The position numbers and the translations under genes are program-made. This document shows, piece by piece, positions 8,726 to 17,097 of a stretch of DNA of 36,580 nt. This DNA comes from Dehalococcoidales bacterium (lineage in GTDB: Bacteria; Chloroflexota; Dehalococcoidia; Dehalococcoidales; Fen-1064): contig JBKQML010000034.1 of NCBI GenBank assembly GCA_052326545.1, positions 1-36,580 on the forward strand. The letters are read 5' to 3'. Every line of letters starts with the position of its first letter. The stretch's first letter is position 1. Below the pieces are notes generated by a model. It did no database searches, had not been told where the DNA came from, and saw only the letters and a list, made by a program, of their open reading frames with translations.

Positions 8726-9673
8726 TTACTTTCCTTCAAAGAAATTCCTGGGGCCGTTGACCAGCAGGGTGCTGAGGACTTTTTCCGAAACCCCCATTTC
8801 GCGCAGTTGGGGAAAAACCTTTTCCTTGATATAGAGGAACCCGTAAGGGTTGATCTTTTTCCGCTTGGCCGGTGAGCCGGCGGGCGAAGGCCGGGATAAG
8901 AACCGCGCCAGCGACCAGTCGTGGGAAACGCAAAGCCGGTCGGCGTAGCCCATATCGATCAGGGCTTTCAGGCAATTCGTGCGTTCTTCGGGGGTAATCC
9001 GGCTGCCCGGATAACGGTCCAGTCCCAGGAAACAGCCCTGGTCCAGAATCCAGGTCAAAAATTTCAAATCGGTCATGTCGTTGGCGTGGTCGATTTTCAC
9101 GCGGCCCATCTTGACGCCTTCCTGTTTCAGGATGGCGATTTGCTGCCGCGCGATTTCACCGGCCATGGCGGTATGCAGCATGATCGGTACGCCGGTTTCC
9201 AGGTGCGCCCGTGCGATGGCGCGCAGCACAATTTCTTCGCCGGGCAGGACGCCGGCGCGGTCGCTGGCTTCTTTTAACACTCCGGCTTTAATGCCGGTGC
9301 CGGCAATACCCACGGTAACATCCTTAATAAACGCCTGAGCGAAGCGCTTCGCGGTGATACCAGGGAAAAAGCGCGGTTTTTCCAGTGCCCAGCCGCTGAT
9401 TGCAATTACATTTACGCCGGACGCGCGGGATGCTTCCGCCAGCAGATTGACATCGCGGCCCAAATCCATAGTGGTGGCATCCACGACGGTATTGATGCCG
9501 CCGGCGCGGGCGCGTTTCATCCCGTCGATAATGTGTTTTTTATACGCCGGCTCCAGCAATTCCGGGTAATTCAAAGTCAATGCCGTCGAAGAGTCCTGCA
9601 GGTGTTCGTGACAGAGCGTCACCCCCAGGTTTTTAGTATCCAGCGGGCCCAGCACCGAATTTATGATTGTCAT
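8726..9673 (-). CDS. phosphotriesterase-family (PTE/PHP, amidohydrolase-fold) hydrolase or lactonase
   Basis: The ORF-track frame 8726..9838 was trimmed to the ATG at 9673, preceded by GGGAGGGGAGA. The protein begins MTIINSVLGPLDTKNLGVTLCHEHL (HxH metal motif). Downstream blocks are PTE-like (GIKAGVLKEAS, MLHT, CVSHDW). Confidence 0.85.
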   Translation of the reverse strand: MTIINSVLGPLDTKNLGVTLCHEHLQDSSTALTLNYPELLEPAYKKHIIDGMKRARAGGINTVVDATTMDLGRDVNLLAEASRASGVNVIAISGWALEKPRFFPGITAKRFAQAFIKDVTVGIAGTGIKAGVLKEASDRAGVLPGEEIVLRAIARAHLETGVPIMLHTAMAGEIARQQIAILKQEGVKMGRVKIDHANDMTDLKFLTWILDQGCFLGLDRYPGSRITPEERTNCLKALIDMGYADRLCVSHDWSLARFLSRPSPAGSPAKRKKINPYGFLYIKEKVFPQLREMGVSEKVLSTLLVNGPRNFFEGK

Positions 9674-9895
9674 CGTTTCTCCCCTCCCGTGCCTGAATGA
9701 TAGCATTTGTGAAAGTAAAGTGGCAAGCGGCTTGTCCAACTGGAATCTGACTGCAGCTTTCAGCAATGAACGGGTAAACCTGATCACGTCCTGAGCGTAG
9801 CGAAGGCCGGAGCTTTGGCGTAGGTCCCTGCGGTTCACTGAAGTCCATCGAAAGTTCTACTCCTTTTTATCTGAAAGCTATCCGCTGATATCTTC

Positions 9896-9930
9896 CCATT
9901 GTCATTCTTGAGGCTCGCAGGCCGAAATAC
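9896..9930 (-). repeat. eroded copy of the ...AATGACAA hairpin repeat family
   Basis: The reverse complement reads gtatttcggcctgcgagcctcaAGAATGACAATGG. This shares the AATGACAA(T)G 3' flank with the elements at 3037-3140 and 10667-10691. A second 10 bp hairpin lies at about 9929-9955 (tacttttggc/gccaaaatgta). Confidence 0.45.
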
Positions 9931-10101
9931 TTTTGGCATTAAGCCAAAATGTACAAGACCTGACCGTAGATCGCAGTAGTAGAGCCATTTTCGGTACTTG
10001 ACGCAGTCAATGTGTACTTTCCAGAGCAATTCGGAGGAAATGTATCGAGAATCCAGAAAAATGCGGCAACAGCAAGGGGAGAGAAAGAGCTGAGGTTGGG
10101 G

Positions 10102-10491
10102 TCAGGAATGATTAAGCCAGTGGTTAGGGAGAAGTTCACACAGCGTAATGGTGTGGTCTTCCCCCACAATCACTTGACAATCAAAATTTCGAACATCAAT
10201 CTGCACCATCATCTCCCTGCAACGACCGCATGGAGGCAAGATGCGATCCTTAGATACAGCGACAATTGAAGTAATATGAGTTTCTTTATTCTTTAACATT
10301 TCAGCTATTGCTGAAGCTTCAGCACGGAAACCTAATCCGCAAGTTAGATCAATACAAATCCCTGTATAAATATTCACTTTATCAGTTAAAATCGCAGCTC
10401 CTACTGATCCGGCAGAAAAATCATGTGCTAATCGGAACTCTCCGCATACAGATTTAGCTGCATTAATTAGTTTTAGTGTAGTTTTATCCAT
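10102..10491 (-). CDS. cytidine / blasticidin-S deaminase-fold protein (CDA family) with a substituted zinc ligand
   Basis: 129-aa ORF. PPCGRCREMM matches the PCGxCRQ motif. The usual C-A-E zinc/catalytic motif reads GLGFRAEASAI, with Arg (CGT) where Cys (TGT) is expected. Confidence 0.75.
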   Translation of the reverse strand: MDKTTLKLINAAKSVCGEFRLAHDFSAGSVGAAILTDKVNIYTGICIDLTCGLGFRAEASAIAEMLKNKETHITSIVAVSKDRILPPCGRCREMMVQIDVRNFDCQVIVGEDHTITLCELLPNHWLNHS

Positions 10492-10580
10492 ATTCCCCTT
10501 CTTTGCCAGTAATCATACCCAAGTCTGTTCTATAATACTCTGAAAACGCGACTTTCTACAACTGAACAAATCTAATTGAA

Positions 10581-10801
10581 TTCGTCATTTCACGCAGTGG
10601 AGAAACAAAAGGAATGTGGCGATGAACAGTATTTCGGGGCTAGAAACTGGGCCAGGCTGGTTTGATGGATTCCTGCTTTCGCAGGAACGACAAGGATGTT
10701 CAGTAGGCTGGGAGACCCTTCGTCGGCGGACTCAGGGTGTTTATTATTTCGGATTTAGTGCTTGTTAGGCCAGGGGTTGGATTCCTGGCTAAGCCAGAAT
10801 C
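10581..10801. repeat. second cluster of TGGATTCC...GAA(T/C)GAC hairpin repeats in the spacer upstream of the AAA+ gene
   Basis: Copy 1: 10667-10691, ggaTTCCTGCtttcGCAGGAAcgac, a perfect 7 bp stem flanked by TGGATTCC/GACAAGG exactly like the 3037-3062 copy. Copy 2: 10779-10801, ggattcctggctaagccagaatc. A possible eroded copy lies at 10581-10606 (ttcgtcatttc...gagaaac). Confidence 0.6.
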
Positions 10802-10901
10802 GGCACATTAAAAACGGTCGGGAGTACGGATGCTCTATTGTACACAGCCGGAGCAACCGTAATATAATTAAAGTGAAAACAACAATAAGAAGGTAATTAA
10901 C

Positions 10902-12305
10902 ATGCCCAAAAAGTACCAGGCCCAAACCATCGGCGAACTTAGAGCGTCGGACTACACCCCTGTCTCCGTCAAACAGGAAATCAGACATAATCTCATCAGT
11001 ATGATAAAAGCCCACCGCGAAGTATTCCCCGGGATTATCGGCTACGGCGATACCGTCATCCCCAACGTCGAAAATGCCATCCTTTCCGGCCACGACATCA
11101 TCTTCCTCGGCGAACGCGGTCAGGCCAAGTCCCGCTTAATGCGGGTACTGATGCAGCTGCTGGACGAAAAAATCCCGGCGATTAAGGGTTGCGAAATCAA
11201 CGACGACCCGTTCGCCCCGGTCTGCAAACACTGCCGTGACATGGTGGCCGCCAACGGCGACAAAACGGAAATTGTCTGGCTCGACCGTGAAGCGCGCTAC
11301 TCCGAAAAGCTGGCCACGCCGGACATCGCCATGGCCGACCTGCTCGGCGATATCGACCCGATAAAAGTAGCCGAAGGCAAGTACCTCTCCGACGAATTGA
11401 CCATCCATTACGGTTTAATCCCGCGCACCAACCGCGGTATTTTCTGCATCAACGAACTGCCGGACCTCGCCGAACGGCTGCAGGTCGGCCTTTTTAATCT
11501 TTTGGAAGAGCGGGATGTGCAGATACGGGGTTACCGTATCCGCCTGCCGCTGGACATTTTACTGGTGGCCTCTGCCAATCCGGAAGACTATACCAACCGC
11601 GGCCGCATCATCTCACCGCTCAAAGACCGGTTCGGCTCTCAGGTCAGGACACATTATCCGCTCAACATCCGTGATGAGATTACGATTGTCAAACAGGAGC
11701 ACCACGAATTTGCCGGGACCGGTGTCGATACGTTTATTCCTGCTTACATGGAAGAAATAATCGCGGAAATTACACAATTGTGCCGGAAAAGTGCGGATAT
11801 CAATCAGCGCAGCGGCGTCAGCGTCCGCGTTTCTATTATGAATTATGAAACCATTATTTCCAATGCCGTCAGGCGCGCCGTGACATTAGGCGAAAAACTG
11901 GCTGTACCCCGTATCAGCGATTTGCCCTATATTTCCGCCTCGATGGGTTCCAAAATAGAACTCGAAGGTTTTGAAGAAAATAAAGAAGGTAAAATCATTG
12001 AGGATTTAAGCCATCAGGCGGTATTAAATATTTTTAACCGTCATTTCTCTGTATCAAACCTGAATTCCCTGATTGCTCAATTCAGTAACGGCGTCAATAT
12101 TGAAACCTCCGACATGATGGCGGCGAAAAAATACATTGCCAATACCAAAGAAATCGCCGGATTGACCGACGCGGTAAAGAAAATCGCCAAAACCGAACAA
12201 CCGGAAATCATCGCTTCCGCCGCTGAGTTCATTCTCGAAGGCCTCTACGTTAATAATAAACTGAACAAGACCCTTGCTAGCGGCAAAAACATTTACCGCA
12301 ATTAG
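10902..12305 (+). CDS. AAA+ ATPase of the ChlI/BchI-MoxR type (Mg-chelatase-like), partner of the downstream VWA protein
   Basis: 467-aa ORF. Walker A-like GERGQAKS, Walker B-like IFCINELPDL, sensor-1 LLVASANPED and Arg-finger region SPLKDRFG follow the ChlI/MoxR order. A VWA gene follows 7 nt after its stop. Confidence 0.85.
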   Translation: MPKKYQAQTIGELRASDYTPVSVKQEIRHNLISMIKAHREVFPGIIGYGDTVIPNVENAILSGHDIIFLGERGQAKSRLMRVLMQLLDEKIPAIKGCEINDDPFAPVCKHCRDMVAANGDKTEIVWLDREARYSEKLATPDIAMADLLGDIDPIKVAEGKYLSDELTIHYGLIPRTNRGIFCINELPDLAERLQVGLFNLLEERDVQIRGYRIRLPLDILLVASANPEDYTNRGRIISPLKDRFGSQVRTHYPLNIRDEITIVKQEHHEFAGTGVDTFIPAYMEEIIAEITQLCRKSADINQRSGVSVRVSIMNYETIISNAVRRAVTLGEKLAVPRISDLPYISASMGSKIELEGFEENKEGKIIEDLSHQAVLNIFNRHFSVSNLNSLIAQFSNGVNIETSDMMAAKKYIANTKEIAGLTDAVKKIAKTEQPEIIASAAEFILEGLYVNNKLNKTLASGKNIYRN

Positions 12306-12312
12306 GACGACG

Positions 12313-13959
12313 ATGACCACTTACCGTTATTCGGAATGGGACGGCACCCAGCCGGCCCTCAAACTGAACAAAGACGAACTCATGGATGAGCTCGCTCAGG
12401 GGCTGATGCATGACAGCGACCTTTCCTTTATCCTCTGTAAAATGCAGCGGCAGGACACAAAAAACGGCCGGGAACGATTAAACGGCCTGCAAAAGCTGCT
12501 GCAGCGCCTGCTTGAGGCAAAACAGCAAAAGTTGGATAAATATGATCTCTCCGCGATGATGGCCGAAATGAAAGACCGGATGGCGGAGATTATTAAAAAA
12601 GAGCAGGCCGCCATTCAGCAGAAGCTGGACGAAACCAAGCAGCAGGCCGCACGGGGCCAGTCTGAAGCGGATATCGCCGACGCGAAAAATAACTTACAAA
12701 AAATGGAACAAAAGGCGGCTGCCGATCTCCGGAAACTGAAAAACCTGCCGTCTGATATCGGCGGGAAACTCAAAGCGCTGCAAAATTACGAATTCACCGA
12801 TGAGGATGCCCATCTGCAATTCCAGGACCTGCTGGGTTCCACGCTGGATGGTTTGCGGATTGACGATTCAGCGGAAGGGCTGACCCCGTTTATCCCTGCC
12901 GAGACCATTACCTTTGAAGAAGCCATGAAGCTGATTGAGACACTCCAGGAAATGGATAAGCTGAACGGGCAAATTGAAAATGCCCGGTCCGAAGGCGGGT
13001 TGGAAACGATAAACCGGCAAACAGTCCGGGAACTACTGGGTGAAGCGGGGATGGAAACACTGGAGAGACCCGGAGTTACCCGCGTGCTGGAAGAAGCGAA
13101 CTTCATCCGCCGGAAAGAAGACGGCTTCGAACTGACACCGCTGGGTGTGAGGAAAATCGGGCAGAAAGCGTTGAGCGATGTTTTTTCGCAATTGCGTCAC
13201 AAGACGGGGGACAGAGGCGGTGTGTGGGAAAGAGGCGAAGAAACAAAACGATTTGAATTTGGGGATAACTTCGACATCGATTTGAAACAGACCATCATGA
13301 ATGCCCTGATGCGTGAACAGCAGAAACCGTCGGTCAAATTGAAAATTACCGATTTTGAGGTTTTTAAGTATGAGCAGTCGGCGCGTTCGGCAACGGTGCT
13401 GATGCTCGACCTCAGCCTGTCAATGTCGGTGCACGATAACTTCTATGCCGCCAAACACGTCGCTCTCGCTCTCAATGGGCTCATACGCAGCCAGTTTCCG
13501 CGGGATAGCCTCCATATCATCGGTTTCTCCAGCTATGCCCGCGAAATTAAAAAAGAAGACTTAGCTACATTGCGTTTGGACCAGGCTGACCCTTATACCA
13601 ATATCCAGCACGGACTGGAACTCGCCAGAAAATTACTGGCTAAAGATAAAGCTCCGAATAAGCAGATCATTATCATCACCGACGGCGAACCGACGGCGCA
13701 CCAGGAGGATGGACAAATCAGTTACCAGTTCTCACCCGGCGCCCGTACCCTGCAACTGACATTGCGGGAAGTGGAAAACTGTACCAGGCAGGGAATAACC
13801 ATCAACACCTTTATGCTGGGAGAGAGTAATCTCAACAATGCTTTTATCACCAGAATTGCCAAAATAAATAAGGGCAGGGTCTTCTTCGCCAACTCTAACG
13901 GTCTGGGACAGTATGTTTTAGTGGATTATCTCTCAAATCGACGAAAAAGTATGAGTTAG
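12313..13959 (+). CDS. coiled-coil plus C-terminal von Willebrand factor A (VWA/MIDAS) domain protein
   Basis: The ORF-track frame starts at 12274 and overlaps the AAA+ gene. I prefer the ATG at 12313 (MTTYRYSEWDGTQ...), which has AGGA 7 nt upstream. A long Q/K/E-rich helical region is followed by a complete MIDAS: DLSLSMS (DxSxS), the T in YTNIQHGL, and the D in IIIITDGEPT. Confidence 0.85.
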   Translation: MTTYRYSEWDGTQPALKLNKDELMDELAQGLMHDSDLSFILCKMQRQDTKNGRERLNGLQKLLQRLLEAKQQKLDKYDLSAMMAEMKDRMAEIIKKEQAAIQQKLDETKQQAARGQSEADIADAKNNLQKMEQKAAADLRKLKNLPSDIGGKLKALQNYEFTDEDAHLQFQDLLGSTLDGLRIDDSAEGLTPFIPAETITFEEAMKLIETLQEMDKLNGQIENARSEGGLETINRQTVRELLGEAGMETLERPGVTRVLEEANFIRRKEDGFELTPLGVRKIGQKALSDVFSQLRHKTGDRGGVWERGEETKRFEFGDNFDIDLKQTIMNALMREQQKPSVKLKITDFEVFKYEQSARSATVLMLDLSLSMSVHDNFYAAKHVALALNGLIRSQFPRDSLHIIGFSSYAREIKKEDLATLRLDQADPYTNIQHGLELARKLLAKDKAPNKQIIIITDGEPTAHQEDGQISYQFSPGARTLQLTLREVENCTRQGITINTFMLGESNLNNAFITRIAKINKGRVFFANSNGLGQYVLVDYLSNRRKSMS

Positions 13960-14003
13960 GCAGCTTTGCAGCGTTGCCGGCTTATCAAATCCCCGGCATC
14001 CCT

Positions 14004-15458
14004 TTACCCGGTGACTGATACTGAGATATCGGGTTTATTTTCCGCTGGATTAGCATCGGGGAGAGTTTTCTGCAGGTTGGTATCATCGTTCACCATGATG
14101 TAAGCCAGTGCAATAATGTCTACGTAAAAGAAATAAGGGAACAGGCTGCGCCAGGCGAAAAAGAGCGGAACAATTGCCAGAATCACTCCGGTTTGAGGAT
14201 ACCTTCGGCAATATTTGAAATACCAGATTATGGCGGCGATAAATGCCATTGCTTCAAGAAAAGTGAATGGTAATGATGATCTGACCTTTATCAGGCCGCT
14301 GGTAACCAAAGTAATCAAACCGAGCCCGCTGGGAAACATCAGGTCGGTCATCGGCGATGTTAGTGAATTAAACCAGATGTGCCAGTTGCCGATGGCGAAT
14401 GGGAGATTGGTGACGATAAAAATCCCCGCAATCAGCGCAATGCCGGTGAACAGTTTTTTAAGGCCGTAAGTCTTTGACAACAGAATCAGATAAAAAGGCA
14501 CGAAGAACCAGGCGGTCTGCTTGGTCGCCACCGCGATCCCCATGCAAATTACAGACAGCCATAAATTCCTGTTAAGTGCTAACCACGCTATCAGTAGAAA
14601 CGGAAAGCAGAGGTTACCCATCTCCCCGCCGGAAAAAAGAGAATTCCAGAGTTCGAGACTGATGAATGCTACCGCGATGAACAACAGCCGCTTCTTCTTA
14701 GGAATGACCCATACCGCATACGCCAGTCCAGCTAATAAAAAGATCGCATATAAAATCCTGATATCCGATATTCCCAGGAAAACAAAAGGTGCCGGAAGTA
14801 AAAAAGAGCCGGCTGGATAACAGACTTTGGATTCGATTTCAGGAGGAACTTGAGACGGCGTCAGGACAGCTTTATCCCACAACTGCTCTAATTGACCCGC
14901 TGTTGGATAGGGAAAGACATTATAAAATGTCCCCACTCTGAGCGGCGTAACCCTATCGTAACTGCCGTTAAATTCCAGCAGCGCCTGGATAATATTCGCA
15001 TGTGCGTAGGGGTTCTCCCCATTCAGTAAATTTTCTACTGCCTGTTTTGATAAAATCGTGCCATCGTTGTACCCGTAATCCCGCTGTACTCCAGTTAACA
15101 GCTGACGCAAATCACCGGATGTATTCCTGTTTTGTATGACATCAGGGATTAAGATACCTACTGTAACTGCTACCAGCAAACCGCCGACAAAAAGGGAGAG
15201 AAAAATTATTAAAGCCCCACGTTTCAGTTGGTGCATCCGATTACTGAGAACAACATCTGTTTGGGGCAAAAGGCTCAAAAAAATCGTTACGAACCAGATG
15301 AATAAAATAACGGTTGCCGCTATCAAAATAGCGGGACTGTTTAAAATAAATCCGAAACTGAAAATTACCGTGGAAAGCAGCAGAATCACAACGGCATAAA
15401 AAAATAGTAATGTCCGAGGGGTAGAGTACAAAGAAGAACTGAATGATTTTATGCTCAT
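14004..15458 (-). CDS. polytopic integral membrane protein, possible GT-C-fold glycosyltransferase (DUF2029/GT87-like)
   Basis: The ORF-track frame 14004..15518 was trimmed to the ATG at 15458. At least 10 hydrophobic segments surround one large hydrophilic loop (residues about 120-230). The functional class is inferred only from architecture and neighbours, and the start codon is uncertain. Confidence 0.7.
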   Translation of the reverse strand: MSIKSFSSSLYSTPRTLLFFYAVVILLLSTVIFSFGFILNSPAILIAATVILFIWFVTIFLSLLPQTDVVLSNRMHQLKRGALIIFLSLFVGGLLVAVTVGILIPDVIQNRNTSGDLRQLLTGVQRDYGYNDGTILSKQAVENLLNGENPYAHANIIQALLEFNGSYDRVTPLRVGTFYNVFPYPTAGQLEQLWDKAVLTPSQVPPEIESKVCYPAGSFLLPAPFVFLGISDIRILYAIFLLAGLAYAVWVIPKKKRLLFIAVAFISLELWNSLFSGGEMGNLCFPFLLIAWLALNRNLWLSVICMGIAVATKQTAWFFVPFYLILLSKTYGLKKLFTGIALIAGIFIVTNLPFAIGNWHIWFNSLTSPMTDLMFPSGLGLITLVTSGLIKVRSSLPFTFLEAMAFIAAIIWYFKYCRRYPQTGVILAIVPLFFAWRSLFPYFFYVDIIALAYIMVNDDTNLQKTLPDANPAENKPDISVSVTG

Positions 15459-15537
15459 AAGATTTATTATCCTACATTGTAATACTAAGGAAAGATGATT
15501 ACAACCCGATAAATACAAGGGTACTTATAAAAAACAG

Positions 15538-15563
15538 GAGCCTCTAAATTGCTTTAGAGGCTC
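15538..15563. terminator. strong bidirectional rho-independent terminator after the GH4 gene
   Basis: gagcctctaaa-ttgc-tttagaggctc forms an 11 bp perfect stem. It is followed by TTTTT on the plus strand and preceded by AAAAA, which is a T run on the minus strand. Confidence 0.75.
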
Positions 15564-15640
15564 TTTTTGTACTTTATCGAAATCTGCCGATACCTGATGT
15601 AAGTTTATAATCTCAGATACGATTTTTATCTTCGATTGGC

Positions 15641-16960
15641 CTATTTGTAGCCTTTCATGAATTCTTTTTCTGCTTTGAACATTTCATTCACCATCTCTTT
15701 GATTTCATCGATGGAAAGCTTGGAGAAGGTCAAGGGGTCGAGTAGAATGGCCTGGAGAATTTTATTCTTATCCTTCTCCACAATTCCCCTGACTGCCAGC
15801 TCCTGAACATTGATGTTCAAACGGTTCAAGGCAGCACACTGGGGCGGCAGATTTCCGATATAGGTGGGATGAACACCACCCTTGTCTACCATACACGGAA
15901 CCTCGACTATACAACCTTCCAACAGATTGGGAATGAGGCCGGTATTTTTAACGTTGCCGAAAATCCGTGTTTGTGTGTTAGTCTCGATAGCGTTGATAAT
16001 ATCCACGGCAATTTTAGTATAACGATGTTCCTCAGTAAGTTTGAACTTAAATCCGCTCTTCAGCTGCTGCCGTAACTCATCATCCTGCCTGGCTGTAATT
16101 GCATCCGCGTCTGCATACATGTGGTCATTAGAACCTACCTTGTATTTTTCCATGAGTTCCGGCGTTCTCCTGAAGTACGGCAGCGATATCGAGAGATGCC
16201 CGAAACCACTGGTAAAATAGCCGAATGTTTTAAATGCCTCGATTTCAATCGGGCTCTCTTCGCCGGGGGCGGCTTCATGCTGGTCAGAAACCTTTATCTG
16301 ATTGATTTTTTCTCTTAATACAGGGTAGAGGTCTTGGCCTTTGTACAAAATATCCAGAAACCAGGATTGATGATTAAGACCGCCGACAGTATACCAGATA
16401 TCCTTGGCCGGCACTCCGGCAATTTTCGCGAATCTTTCTTCTCCACCCGTCGGGTTGGGACATAAGCCGACAGTTTTAATCTTGGAATAATCATTCATGG
16501 CCCAGCAGTTGATGGCCATTGGATTACAATAGCTCATCAGTAAGGCATCCGGGCAGACTTTTTCCATATCATGGCAGATATCCAATAACGCCGGCACCTG
16601 GACTAATCCCTGGAAAATTCCACCGGCTCCGGTTGCATCGGGTTGGACTTCAAGTCCCCGCTTCCAGGTAATTTCCCGGATAAACCGTGCCGCCCGCCAA
16701 CCTCCGGGACGAATACTGGTGATAACATAATCGGCGCCGTCCACCGCGGCACGACGGTCTGAGGTCGACTCAACCTTTAAGTTAAGTTTGTTTTGTTCCA
16801 CCATTTTATTGGCGTAAGCCGCCGCGAGGTCCAGTCTTTCTTTGTCGATGTCCATAAGCATCAGTGTGCTGCCTGAAAGTTGCGGAAATAACATGATATC
16901 CGCAATAAAGTCCCTTCCGAAGACGTAGCTGCCAGCTCCAATTAATACAATCTTTGCCAT
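15641..16960 (-). CDS. glycoside hydrolase family 4 (NAD+/Mn2+-dependent alpha-glucosidase / alpha-galactosidase type)
   Basis: 439-aa ORF. The N-terminal Rossmann sequence MAKIVLIGAGSYVFG, the GH4-typical blocks (ITSIRPGG, CPNP, GLNHQSW) and the length all fit GH4. A GGAGG ribosome-binding site precedes the ATG at 16960. Confidence 0.88.
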   Translation of the reverse strand: MAKIVLIGAGSYVFGRDFIADIMLFPQLSGSTLMLMDIDKERLDLAAAYANKMVEQNKLNLKVESTSDRRAAVDGADYVITSIRPGGWRAARFIREITWKRGLEVQPDATGAGGIFQGLVQVPALLDICHDMEKVCPDALLMSYCNPMAINCWAMNDYSKIKTVGLCPNPTGGEERFAKIAGVPAKDIWYTVGGLNHQSWFLDILYKGQDLYPVLREKINQIKVSDQHEAAPGEESPIEIEAFKTFGYFTSGFGHLSISLPYFRRTPELMEKYKVGSNDHMYADADAITARQDDELRQQLKSGFKFKLTEEHRYTKIAVDIINAIETNTQTRIFGNVKNTGLIPNLLEGCIVEVPCMVDKGGVHPTYIGNLPPQCAALNRLNINVQELAVRGIVEKDKNKILQAILLDPLTFSKLSIDEIKEMVNEMFKAEKEFMKGYK

Positions 16961-16997
16961 TATAAAACCTCCTGTTACCTTCTATTACTTGTAATAT

Positions 16998-17027
16998 ATC
17001 ATACAACCAAATATATCATGTTGTAAA
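16998..17027 (-). promoter_or_regulatory. sigma70-like promoter candidate for the GH4 gene
   Basis: On the minus strand: TTTACA (17022-17027), an 18 nt spacer, then TATGAT (16998-17003), about 38 nt upstream of the ATG. Confidence 0.4.
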
Positions 17028-17097
17028 ACAGGTTCGAATTTTGTTTTAGCGCCCGATGATTTCTCTTCTTCAGACAAATTTATTAAGCTGAAAAATA

